A stretch of 61,598 bases of DNA from Candidatus Iainarchaeum sp. (GCA_038895395.1 JAWANJ010000002.1:1-61598), one strand, 5' to 3'. Positions 19,753 to 28,184 are shown, numbered from the stretch's first letter. The notes: generated by a model not told the origin, from the sequence alone. Numbers and translations: made by a program.

Positions 19753-20937
19753 CTATGGCCTTTTTTCAAATACAATGATACTTTCTCTTGTTTTTCCCAC
19801 CAATTTTGTACGATCGCGCATGCAGGGTACTTTTCTAGCAATTATCCTATCAATTTTTGCAAAACCAATATCTTTAGCAATTCGCTCAATAATTTCATCT
19901 GACTCAATAACAGCATCTGGCAAACAACCGCCAGCAACAACAATAAAGGCCAAACCACCTTTTTGTAAGGAAGCATACATTTTGTCAATGGCTTTTTCCA
20001 TATCCAAAAAATATGCTTGGGCCTCGACAGGTAGACCACCATATTTTCCATTTTTTGGTATTTCTTTGATTTCACCCAAGTATGTTTGCAGCTTAGGTGC
20101 TTGCTCTAAGAAAAGACCAAGCTCAAGTTTGTAAACCTTTGTATATTCATCTTTTCCCAGATATGGTGGAGACGTTATTATAGCATTTGCTTTTCTTTCC
20201 AAGACAAAGTGGCGCGCGTCACCTTCAATTACTGTTGGTTCAGGACCCATAGAAATGCAATTGCTTAAGTCACTTATCATCTTTTCTACTTTTTCTAAAA
20301 AAATTTTTCTGAAAGACATTGGTCTTCTCTTTATCCTGCGCAAGCTTCTTCCTTGCTTTTTAACCAATGCTACTTTTGAAGCAGAATCCATTAGCGCAAG
20401 CATAAAAAAATCTCGCGCCTTTTCGTCAGGTAGCTCCTTAATGTTTTGTTTAATCATGCAAATATCCGCAATGTTTTCTTTGTTAAAGTATTTCTTGAAA
20501 ATTTTCTTGTTTGGAATTTCTATGCTTGGTGGGGTTTTTGTACAGGCTGTCAAATAATGTTTTAGCTTTTTGATATCATAATTTCTTGTTTTAACTTTGC
20601 TTACAAAAACAGCCAAAGGTGAAATATCCAAGCCATATGACTCAATATTTCTTTGCTTCGCGGTCAAAAGAGTAGTGCCACAGCCACAAAATGGATCATA
20701 TATAGGCCCTTTTAGCCCGTAACTGTCTATGATCCAATCTACAAGCTCCTTTGAAAAACCTTCTTTAAAATAAAACCAGTCATGTATGGGGTGATCAAAA
20801 TTTTTCCTGAATGTTACCCAATCAGCGATTTCCTTTGGGGCGTATCCAATCTTCTTTATCATAAAAAATATTTGTTTAGTCAGTGTTAAAATTGTTCCTA
20901 ATAAGATCAAAAGATAAATGAAATCAGCGAAAGTCAA
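19753..20937 (-). CDS. SAM-dependent DNA methyltransferase (SPPY motif; N4-C or N6-A type), apparently orphan
   Basis: Motif I DPFCGCGTT (about aa 80) and motif IV ITSPPY (about aa 255). The likely true start is the internal ATG at 20862 (MIKKIGY), because the upstream 25 codons are purely hydrophobic. Confidence 0.7.
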   Translation of the reverse strand: MTFADFIYLLILLGTILTLTKQIFFMIKKIGYAPKEIADWVTFRKNFDHPIHDWFYFKEGFSKELVDWIIDSYGLKGPIYDPFCGCGTTLLTAKQRNIESYGLDISPLAVFVSKVKTRNYDIKKLKHYLTACTKTPPSIEIPNKKIFKKYFNKENIADICMIKQNIKELPDEKARDFFMLALMDSASKVALVKKQGRSLRRIKRRPMSFRKIFLEKVEKMISDLSNCISMGPEPTVIEGDARHFVLERKANAIITSPPYLGKDEYTKVYKLELGLFLEQAPKLQTYLGEIKEIPKNGKYGGLPVEAQAYFLDMEKAIDKMYASLQKGGLAFIVVAGGCLPDAVIESDEIIERIAKDIGFAKIDRIIARKVPCMRDRTKLVGKTRESIIVFEKRP

Positions 20938-20983
20938 TAAAATTTTTATTTATTCTCTTGCTAAATGTAATTTTGGTGATTTG

Positions 20984-21889
20984 ATGAAAACAAAGCTTTT
21001 TTCGTTACCATTGTTACTGTTAATTTTCATTACGCTGCTTACTAATGTTGCCTCAGAGCCGCAAAAGGTAGAGGTTGGCATTTATGTTCTCAATATTGGC
21101 AAATTTGAGGTTAGCACAGGATCTTATACAGTTGATTTCTATCTTTCAATGAAATGCGACAAACCTTGTGATCCAAGCAATTTTGAATTCATGAACGGGC
21201 GTGCAACCTCTGTTGACAAAATTATTGACGAGCCAAACGAAAAGTTTTATCGCATTCAGGCATCCCTTGCAGAAAATATTGACCTTAAAAAGTATCCATT
21301 TGATGAGCATTTTTTAACAATACAAATTGAGGATAAAAGGAACACATCTGAAAAACTATTCTATGTTCCAGACGAAAAATCTGCAGGTATTGATCCCTCA
21401 GTTGTAATTGTTGGCTGGGATCTTATCGGCTATGAGCAAGAGGTAACCGATCACTTCTATGAGCCATATGGTGAGACCTATTCTAGGTTTATATTCAAGA
21501 TTCACATAAGGAGAATATTGCTCGCCGCAATCCTAAAAACATTCGTGCCTGTGATATTCATTGTAATTGCGGGGCTATTGGCTTTACTCATACAAGAACA
21601 AGACAAACTTTGGACAAGAATTGGGATAAACACCTCTTCGCTAATTGCTTCAGTAATGTTCCACCTTAATGTTACTTCGAGCATACCACCTGTTGGCTAC
21701 CTCACATTTGCTGACAAATTTATGATATCCACTTATTCCATATTGCTGCTAAGCTTATTTAGCACAGTGATGATGATGCGCCATGCAAAGCGCAAAGATG
21801 AAGTAATGTACAATAGAATATACCACATTGCTTTGTATTGCATACCGGCCATGGCTGTGTTTCTATATGGCATTGTAATAGTTATATAG
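20984..21889 (+). CDS. prokaryotic pentameric ligand-gated ion channel (GLIC/ELIC-like)
   Basis: Signal peptide, then a beta-rich ectodomain (VGIYVLNIGKFEVSTGSYTVDFYL; YPFDEHFLTIQIE, compare GLIC YPFDSQTLHIYLI; VGWDL). Four TM helices follow with an M2-like NTSSLIASVMFHLNVTSSIP and an M3-like YLTFADKFMISTY. Start moved to the ATG at 20984. Confidence 0.85.
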   Translation: MKTKLFSLPLLLLIFITLLTNVASEPQKVEVGIYVLNIGKFEVSTGSYTVDFYLSMKCDKPCDPSNFEFMNGRATSVDKIIDEPNEKFYRIQASLAENIDLKKYPFDEHFLTIQIEDKRNTSEKLFYVPDEKSAGIDPSVVIVGWDLIGYEQEVTDHFYEPYGETYSRFIFKIHIRRILLAAILKTFVPVIFIVIAGLLALLIQEQDKLWTRIGINTSSLIASVMFHLNVTSSIPPVGYLTFADKFMISTYSILLLSLFSTVMMMRHAKRKDEVMYNRIYHIALYCIPAMAVFLYGIVIVI

Positions 21890-21928
21890 AAAAAAATAGC
21901 AACACAATAAGCCCATTGAATAACGCCA

Positions 21929-22768
21929 TTACTCGAGAAGCTTCTTGGCAATGTCGACAAACTTTACATTTATCTGTCTTAAAAGTTCAGAAGGTACTGT
22001 GTAAACCACTGTTTTGCTTTTCTCAGTGCTTAATGAATGTATTACCTGCAAGGTTCTTAAGTGCATTCCACCCTTTACACTGACTAAATGCACAGCAGCT
22101 TTACTTAGATTTTGAGCTGCTTCAAGTTCACCTTGTGCCCTAAGCAATATTGCTCTTTTTTCTCTTTCTGCTTCTGCCTCTTTAGAAATAACCCTTACTA
22201 GGCTTTCAGGCAAAATTATTTCTTTCAGATCAACAGATTCAACTTTTATTCCCCAAGGGTCTGTAACCCTATCTAATATTTCCCTGATCCTTTTAGCAAT
22301 TTTTTCCCTCTGTGAGAGAAGCTCGTCAAGGTTTACTTCGCCAATAACTTCGCGCATTGTTGTCTGTGCAAGTTGGCTCACAGCATACCTATAATTTTCA
22401 ACCTCAAGTATTGCTTTGTCCGCTTGATCTTTTCTGATTCTATAGTACAAAACAGCATCAACGCTTATCGAAACGTTGTCTTTTGTTATTGGTGTTTGCT
22501 CCGGAACATCAACAACATCAACACGAAGGTCAACTGTTGTTGTCCATTGTATTATTGGAATTATTATATTGAAGCCAGGCTGCAAAAGGCCAGAGTATTT
22601 TCCGAGTGTGAAAAGCACAGCTCGCTGATATTCGTAAACAATCCTTACTGACATAACAAGCAAAATTAGTAGCACAAAGCCCATGAAAAAGAAAAGATGT
22701 GGCGCAAGGAACAAGCTCAAAAAGGTTAAGAAAGCATAAAACAATAGAACCCAGCCCCAAAATCGCAT
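21929..22768 (-). CDS. SPFH/band-7 (stomatin/prohibitin-like) membrane protein
   Basis: N-terminal TM plus EYQRAVLFTLGKY...VDLRV...TKDNV...AEAEREKRA coiled-coil tail, typical of the SPFH family. Confidence 0.85.
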   Translation of the reverse strand: MRFWGWVLLFYAFLTFLSLFLAPHLFFFMGFVLLILLVMSVRIVYEYQRAVLFTLGKYSGLLQPGFNIIIPIIQWTTTVDLRVDVVDVPEQTPITKDNVSISVDAVLYYRIRKDQADKAILEVENYRYAVSQLAQTTMREVIGEVNLDELLSQREKIAKRIREILDRVTDPWGIKVESVDLKEIILPESLVRVISKEAEAEREKRAILLRAQGELEAAQNLSKAAVHLVSVKGGMHLRTLQVIHSLSTEKSKTVVYTVPSELLRQINVKFVDIAKKLLE

Positions 22769-22849
22769 ATTAAAAAAACAACATAAAACTATTTAAACAT
22801 TTAGTTTTAACTACAAGCAACAAAAATTAAACAAAGAAAATTAGTATAA

Positions 22850-22963
22850 ATCCCGCCTCCCGGAGTTGCACCGGGGATCTTCCGGTAACAGCCTTGCCAT
22901 AACAAGGCAAGCTGTTGTTGCTAAGTCTACAGCCGGACGCATTAGCTACTATGCAAAGGCGGG
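22850..22963 (-). tRNA. tRNA-Tyr(GUA) with a 41-nt intron at the canonical 37/38 position
   Basis: Hand-folded cloverleaf: acceptor CCCGCCT/AGGCGGG, D stem GCAT/ATGC, anticodon stem TCCGG/CCGGA, loop CTGTAGA, T arm CCCGG-TGCAACT-CCGGG. The intron (22886-22926) contains its own hairpin (AACAGCCTTGCC/GGCAAGCTGTT). Confidence 0.8.
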
Positions 22964-22988
22964 ATAAAATAATTATTGCACAGACAAA

Positions 22989-23423
22989 CTATTTAACCTT
23001 TTTGCTAAGTTTTTTGGCAAGCTTAAGTGATGGAAGCTCAGCTTCGTAGTAGTCAATTTTTATTCCTGATTTCTTGAGAAGATATCTAGTGGCAAATATG
23101 CTTGCAATCTCTTCCATTGTTTTTACAACGTTGCTTTCCAAAGATTCTCTGTTTTTTATAGATTCTTTTATAGCTCTCTTAACAGAATTGCTCTCAAGAA
23201 CATTTTGCGGTTTAAGGTCCTCTGAATCAACAGCCTTTTTTATAATTTCAAAATCTATATCTTTGCTAAGAAAATCTTCAGCTTTTTTGTTTGCACTAAA
23301 GCACAATGAAATCAAAAATTCAGCAATCTCTCTTGATTCCATGCCTTTTTCAACTTTAAGCTTTTTTACACATTTCCAATCATCAAGATTTGCAAATAGC
23401 TGTACACCATGAGTTTCGTCCAT
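22989..23423 (-). CDS. hypothetical protein
   Basis: 144-aa ORF, 9 nt downstream of the DUF116 gene on the same strand. No family recognised. Confidence 0.45.
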   Translation of the reverse strand: MDETHGVQLFANLDDWKCVKKLKVEKGMESREIAEFLISLCFSANKKAEDFLSKDIDFEIIKKAVDSEDLKPQNVLESNSVKRAIKESIKNRESLESNVVKTMEEIASIFATRYLLKKSGIKIDYYEAELPSLKLAKKLSKKVK

Positions 23424-23432
23424 TTTTTCACC

Positions 23433-24002
23433 TCACTCTTTCAATGTAAGTTTTTCAAAAACTTCTTCTAAGTTTACATCAGTATCTATGCAACCTTTTC
23501 TTGTAAGCAACACTGCCTGCGGTGCCACTTTTATATCTTTCAAATCCTTAAGACTGTCAAACGCCAATATTGCTTCTTTATAACAGCACACACCAAGTAT
23601 TGCTTTTGGCTTGTATCTATTGACAATCTCAAGCACTATGCTACCTCCCGGACACACAAAAACCCCTTTGTAGCCAAGTTCTTCGGCTTTTGACACTATT
23701 ATGCCAATCTTACAACTGCCACATTTTAGGCACTTTAAACCCTCAGATCCATATTGTGCTTTGCACTTTTCTGAATTTTTCATGCAATGTGGTAAGAAAA
23801 GTATTCGATCATTATATGGTGTTTTTTTGTACGCAATCTCATGCATCTTGTTTCTAAACTCTATGTGTGTATATTCTATCCATTGCTCGTTTAAGCCAAG
23901 TTTCTTGGCAATTTTTTCAGTAGCACTGGCTATGTTTATATGCGTTCCAGTGTCAACCGCTTGTGCTACCGCTTCTTTTATTTTATCTATCGTTACATCC
24001 AC
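23433..24002 (-). CDS. DUF116-family Cys-rich protein
   Basis: LPHCMKNSEKCKA...LKCLKCGSCKIG...GVFVCPGGSIV...ILGVCCYKE matches the conserved Cys pattern I associate with DUF116. Confidence 0.6.
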   Translation of the reverse strand: MDVTIDKIKEAVAQAVDTGTHINIASATEKIAKKLGLNEQWIEYTHIEFRNKMHEIAYKKTPYNDRILFLPHCMKNSEKCKAQYGSEGLKCLKCGSCKIGIIVSKAEELGYKGVFVCPGGSIVLEIVNRYKPKAILGVCCYKEAILAFDSLKDLKDIKVAPQAVLLTRKGCIDTDVNLEEVFEKLTLKE

Positions 24003-24021
24003 ATAAAGCCCTTCTTTTGTA

Positions 24022-24093
24022 AGCCTCGGGTGGGATTCGAACCCACGATCTGCTGATTACAAGTCAGCTGCATTGCCACTATGCTACCGAGGC
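24022..24093 (-). tRNA. tRNA-Thr(UGU)
   Basis: Hand-folded 72-nt cloverleaf: GCCTCGG/CCGAGGC acceptor, anticodon arm GCTGA-CTTGTAA-TCAGC, T arm GTGGG-TTCGAAT-CCCAC. Confidence 0.9.
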
Positions 24094-24149
24094 GTGCGCG
24101 CATATGTTCCTAATAGTAGTATTCTAAAAGTGTTAATAAATTTTGCCTT

Positions 24150-24905
24150 TCAAGGACTTGCTAGATTTGTAATCTTCACTGACTCAATATACGCCTTTTC
24201 CAAGTTATCTGCTAATTTTGCACGATTAATCCTTTTGCTTAATTCTCCGAGATATTCTGAAAACAGTTCCTGGACATTGCGTTCTATTTTATCAATTTTA
24301 AGTCCAAAATCTTCCTTAAAACTTTCAAGAAACTCTTCACTTATTTTGATCTCATTGCTTTTCTTTAGGATTGAATCTGCAAGCTCTAAATAAGCATTTT
24401 GACGATCTTGGAAAGACGTTTCACTTATTTGGTCAGCTACATTAATATTCAGCAACAAAATGTAATGCAAAAGCACATAGCACGCAATCTCTTTTTTTGT
24501 AAGTTCTTTTATTTCAATTTCATATTTATTTCCCAAAATCTTTTCATAGTTTTTATTTTCTATCTCAGCTAGCCAAATAATGTCTTCTGTCATAGAAATA
24601 TATAGATTGAACTGCAAAACTTCTTCTACATCTTCAAAATTTACATCAGACTCATTAGGCAACCCTTTCTTCGATTCTTCCAGCAACTGTTGGATTTCGT
24701 TGTGAATTTGCTTGCTTATATTTTTGTAGTAACCAACATCGTCTGAGTTACCAGTCTTGAAAGGCCCATGTACTAAAAAAAGCATTGCAAAAAAAAGAAG
24801 AAACAAAAAAGCAATAATAGAAAATAAAAATATAAAAAAAAGTTTTTTTTCACAGGGGCTTTTTTTCAATCTTTTGGCCATATAGTCCACGTTTTTTCTT
24901 ATCAC
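24150..24905 (-). CDS. hypothetical membrane-anchored protein
   Basis: 251 aa with one N-terminal TM helix (FFIFLFSIIAFLFLLFFAMLFLV) followed by an acidic helical domain. Confidence 0.5.
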   Translation of the reverse strand: MIRKNVDYMAKRLKKSPCEKKLFFIFLFSIIAFLFLLFFAMLFLVHGPFKTGNSDDVGYYKNISKQIHNEIQQLLEESKKGLPNESDVNFEDVEEVLQFNLYISMTEDIIWLAEIENKNYEKILGNKYEIEIKELTKKEIACYVLLHYILLLNINVADQISETSFQDRQNAYLELADSILKKSNEIKISEEFLESFKEDFGLKIDKIERNVQELFSEYLGELSKRINRAKLADNLEKAYIESVKITNLASP

Positions 24906-24992
24906 TAAAGGATTAAATTATAAACCAACAACATATACAAAAAACAAAAATAAATAAAAAAATAAATAAAAAACAAAAAATAGGAATGGAAA

Positions 24993-25385
24993 TCATTTGC
25001 CTTTTGTGGTTTTTAACCCTTCTGAAGTACTTGCAATCTTGTAAACTTCAGTCAAGGCCACTATTAGTGCCGCTGGAGCTACAAACACTGCTATGTGACT
25101 AGTTATGCTTGCAATTATACTTCCTAAATTCGGAAGTAGTTTGTTAAGACTTTCCTTTATAACTTCTGAGGATACGCTGTTTATTGATAGTAGCGCAATG
25201 GCTGCAATCAAGAAAGCGGTTATCTCTTTATCACTGACATTCAAAATACCAACAACAAAGCCAATTAACACTAGCAATACAAGGATTAGTCCAGGCTCAG
25301 AGTAGCCAAAACCACTTATGAGACCTCCAAGAAGTGCTATAAGCACACCTGCTATAAAAGCAAAGCCGCCAATTCTCTGGTCCAA
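24993..25385 (-). CDS. small integral membrane protein (about 4 TM)
   Basis: 130 aa, Gly/Ala/Leu/Ile-rich hydrophobic segments throughout. Confidence 0.5.
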   Translation of the reverse strand: MDQRIGGFAFIAGVLIALLGGLISGFGYSEPGLILVLLVLIGFVVGILNVSDKEITAFLIAAIALLSINSVSSEVIKESLNKLLPNLGSIIASITSHIAVFVAPAALIVALTEVYKIASTSEGLKTTKGK

Positions 25386-25468
25386 AATTTCACCCCCTTA
25401 AAATTACAGATACATGATGTTAATTGTATCCAATCTACTTTATAAATATTGTGTTTTTTTCATTTTTA

Positions 25469-25957
25469 ATGAAAATTCCAATTTCAAAGCTTTACAAGGT
25501 TGGAAAAGCATTTGTTCATCCACTTGCTTTCATAGAAGGCGAAATTTCTCTTGGGGTCAACTCTAGTGTATGGCCATTTGCTGTGCTTAGGGCAGATGAA
25601 GGAAAAATAACGATAGGCAAAAACACAAGCATACAAGACAACTGTGTTTTGCATGGAACAGTAAAAATAGGCTCAAACGTGACAGTCGGCCATGCTGCTG
25701 TAATCCACAATGCAAAAATCGGCTCTAATGTGCTTATAGGTATGAACAGCACAATACTTGATAACGCAAAGATTGGTTCTTGGGTCATAGTTGCTGCTGG
25801 GTCTTTAGTTAAGCCTAATTCAGTGCTAAAAAGTGGCTTTCTTTATGCGGGAGTTCCAGCTGAGAAAAAAAGGTCACTTACGCTACAAGATAAAAAATTG
25901 ATTGTAGATTCATACAAAGAATACCTTAAAAAAATAAAGGAAAGAACAAAGAAGTAG
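25469..25957 (+). CDS. gamma-carbonic-anhydrase-like hexapeptide-repeat (LbH) protein
   Basis: [30 protein letters not shown]...[28 protein letters not shown]...AGVPA is typical of the gamma-CA/YrdA family. Start moved to the ATG at 25469. Confidence 0.85.
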   Translation: MKIPISKLYKVGKAFVHPLAFIEGEISLGVNSSVWPFAVLRADEGKITIGKNTSIQDNCVLHGTVKIGSNVTVGHAAVIHNAKIGSNVLIGMNSTILDNAKIGSWVIVAAGSLVKPNSVLKSGFLYAGVPAEKKRSLTLQDKKLIVDSYKEYLKKIKERTKK

Positions 25958-26193
25958 CTTTAGAGGCTTTTTGCTTTTTTAGTACTCTGAGCTTTAAAGA
26001 TTTCTTTTTAAACGCTAAGAATATGCTTATCAATATTTACACCTGCATTTTTATCCCTTTTTAAAGAGGCTCCTAAATTAGTTCTACAAAAAGATACAAA
26101 ACCTCAATTTAGTCAAAATCTTTTAGTCAAAACACTTCTTTTAGTTTCAGCTTTGCGTCATTGGCTTGCATCAGTCTAAGACTTATCCAAAAA

Positions 26194-26266
26194 TGCCCCG
26201 GCCGGGATTTGAACCCGGGTTGCCAGCTTGAGAGGCTGGAGTGCTTAACCCCTACACCACCGGGGC
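26194..26266 (-). tRNA. tRNA-Glu(CUC)
   Basis: Hand-folded 73-nt cloverleaf: GCCCCGG/CCGGGGC acceptor, anticodon arm CCAGC-CTCTCAA-GCTGG, T arm CCGGG-TTCAAAT-CCCGG. Confidence 0.9.
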
Positions 26267-26330
26267 TTACAGCTTACTACTTATTTTGCGCATTATACTT
26301 TTAAAAATGCTTTTGAGCAATCCTATATTG

Positions 26331-26398
26331 AAAACCGATGAAGAGACCGCTGAGCACTGACTTTGTTGAATGATGTCAAAATTGAGTGCTGAGGTTTT
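26331..26398 (+). ncRNA. candidate archaeal C/D-box sRNA
   Basis: Layout: AAAACC-g-[ATGAAGA C box]-12 nt-[CTGA D']-9 nt-[ATGATGT C']-12 nt-[CTGA D]-GGTTTT. Both guide spacers are exactly 12 nt and the termini AAAACC/GGTTTT are perfectly complementary. Each C-type box has one deviation from RUGAUGA. Confidence 0.45.
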
Positions 26399-26404
26399 CA
26401 ACAG

Positions 26405-26734
26405 CTAAGATTTGCCTTTGTCTTTTATTTTTGGTTTTTTCGTTTCTTCGTTTGGTGCTATTTCCTTGAACGCCTCTGATGCACCTGTTGCAATGCAAAA
26501 AACGCCTATTATTGTCTTTGCAATGCCATAAAATACAGCAAGCATAAATAGCATGCTAAGCATCCTTACAAATTCTGGATCTGCATCTTCGTCAAAAAAT
26601 TCTTTTTCTTTTTCTATAAGAGCCGCAATATTGCTAAATTCCGAGGAGAGAGAATAGCCAAAATAGCTTACTAAAACACCTTCAATACCAAAAACAATAC
26701 CAATTAGAATCAAAGCAATGTTTTTTTTATCCAC
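26405..26734 (-). CDS. small membrane protein (2-3 TM)
   Basis: 109 aa. Hydrophobic N- and C-terminal segments with a lysine-rich tail. Confidence 0.45.
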   Translation of the reverse strand: MDKKNIALILIGIVFGIEGVLVSYFGYSLSSEFSNIAALIEKEKEFFDEDADPEFVRMLSMLFMLAVFYGIAKTIIGVFCIATGASEAFKEIAPNEETKKPKIKDKGKS

Positions 26735-26763
26735 ACAAACACCTTCCTACGCAATTTTTGCAT

Positions 26764-26836
26764 TGCCAGAGGCGGGGATCGAACCCGCGACCTTTCGATT
26801 ATGAGTCGAACGCTCTAACCGCTGAGCTACTCTGGC
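26764..26836 (-). tRNA. tRNA with CAU anticodon (elongator Met or Ile2; not initiator-like)
   Basis: Hand-folded 73-nt cloverleaf: GCCAGAG/CTCTGGC acceptor, anticodon arm TTCGA-CTCATAA-TCGAA. It lacks the A1:U72 pair and GGG/CCC anticodon stem of archaeal initiators. Confidence 0.85.
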
Positions 26837-27388
26837 TTTTTTATTTAAATAAGCCAAGAAAAAGGTTTAATATCTATACTTCTTTTGGCTTTATCTAGCG
26901 AAATCTTTTCGCAAAAAAAGTAAAAGATCTCTCATTCCCCCTTGCTTGAGCATAATCCCTTAACCAAATTCCATGTTCTTTAGTAAGGCCTTTTTCAAAG
27001 AAAGTTTAGTTAGCTTTATAAAGGTGTGTCCTATCTCTTTACCCCTTTTGTCTATGCGACCAATTACAAGTGTAGTTACATCATGAGGCTCAGAGTTTCT
27101 CAAAAAAGAGTCCATGTCCACAGAGCTAAGCAATGCCCCATGCGTGCTGTGCGAGGCTCTTAAACCTTTTTCTGCATGTGTTTACTTCCGTTCTTTCGTA
27201 TTTAAATGGTTTTCTATAAGTACCAAATTCTGTGTCTCTCACAAGAGCAGATTCTTGCAGTGGTCCTCTGGGCCTTTTATACCAGCAAATTTCCAATCTT
27301 GCAACATGAGGCGTGCTTTATACTTGTACATGGGTTGTTTTTCAAAGATTTTTTGGTTTTTTAGTAACAAATTCACACCAAAATTTTT

Positions 27389-28075
27389 CTACTCTATCTG
27401 CTCCTCGAGCTTTATTATTCTGCTCAGCATCTTTATCTTGTCGTTATGTAGTAGCACTCTATCCGCATATCCTAAAAATAGGCCGGTCTCTATAACTCCC
27501 GGAATATTTTTAGTACTATATTCAAGATCCTCCAAAGAGTATATCTGGTCGAAGTGAACATCTATTATGTTATTGCCGCTTTCAGTAAAGAGACGTTCCC
27601 CTTTTGGGCCCAGCCTAAAGCTTGCTTTACCATACTCGTCTAACTGTAGCAGACTTCTTTCAGCACCAAATGCATCAACCTCAAATGGTATAATTCCATG
27701 CAAGCGTTTAACGTATTTTGATTCTTCGCAAACTATAACTAGTTCAGCAGCGCTTTGTGCAATCATCTTGTCTCTTATAAGTGAAGTTGTTTCACGTTTT
27801 ATATAGTTGAACTGAGTGTCAACCATTGAAGCAAACTCTATTGCGAGGTCGATCTCATCCCTGTTTATAGAAGCAATTGGAAGCTTGAACGCAGTACAAG
27901 TAGTAGCAAGCTTTATAGAAGTGGGCACCACTCTAATCTTATAGTCGTTTTCTAATGCCTTTATGGCGATCTGTTTAAGAAACTTTTCCCCATGCTCACC
28001 AGTACCAACCGCAATTGTCATGTTATCTTTTAAAACCTTTGATACTAGGGCCTCTATTACCTCATCTTCAAGCAT
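27389..28075 (-). CDS. ribose-5-phosphate isomerase A-like protein (divergent active-site motifs)
   Basis: 228 aa, colinear with RpiA (VGTGEHG for GLGTGST; IDLAIEFASMVD for DLAIDGADEVD; IKRETTSLIRDKMIA for IKGGGGALLREKIVA; IPGVIETGLF conserved). Confidence 0.6.
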   Translation of the reverse strand: MLEDEVIEALVSKVLKDNMTIAVGTGEHGEKFLKQIAIKALENDYKIRVVPTSIKLATTCTAFKLPIASINRDEIDLAIEFASMVDTQFNYIKRETTSLIRDKMIAQSAAELVIVCEESKYVKRLHGIIPFEVDAFGAERSLLQLDEYGKASFRLGPKGERLFTESGNNIIDVHFDQIYSLEDLEYSTKNIPGVIETGLFLGYADRVLLHNDKIKMLSRIIKLEEQIE

Positions 28076-28184
28076 GCTCTCTGCATAGATATTCTTTAAT
28101 CTGTTTTTAATTCTTTACCTTTAGTTTTGTAAGTTAAAAATAAAAAGACGAACAAAAAACAAACCAATTTAAACAATTTTTCCC

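Noticed and set aside
24906-24992. A-rich low-complexity tracts (aaaaataaataaaaaaataaataaaaaac; also 29161-29188)
   Set aside because: These are typical AT-rich archaeal intergenic or promoter-terminator sequence. No structured element or coding potential is evident.
27114-27557. 147-aa plus-strand ORF (and nested 27313..27495) in the gap next to the rpiA-like gene
   Set aside because: It is Phe/Ser/Cys-rich, partly antisense to the rpiA-like gene, and has no start context. The protein-like fragments lie on the opposite strand (see the finding at 26837-27388).
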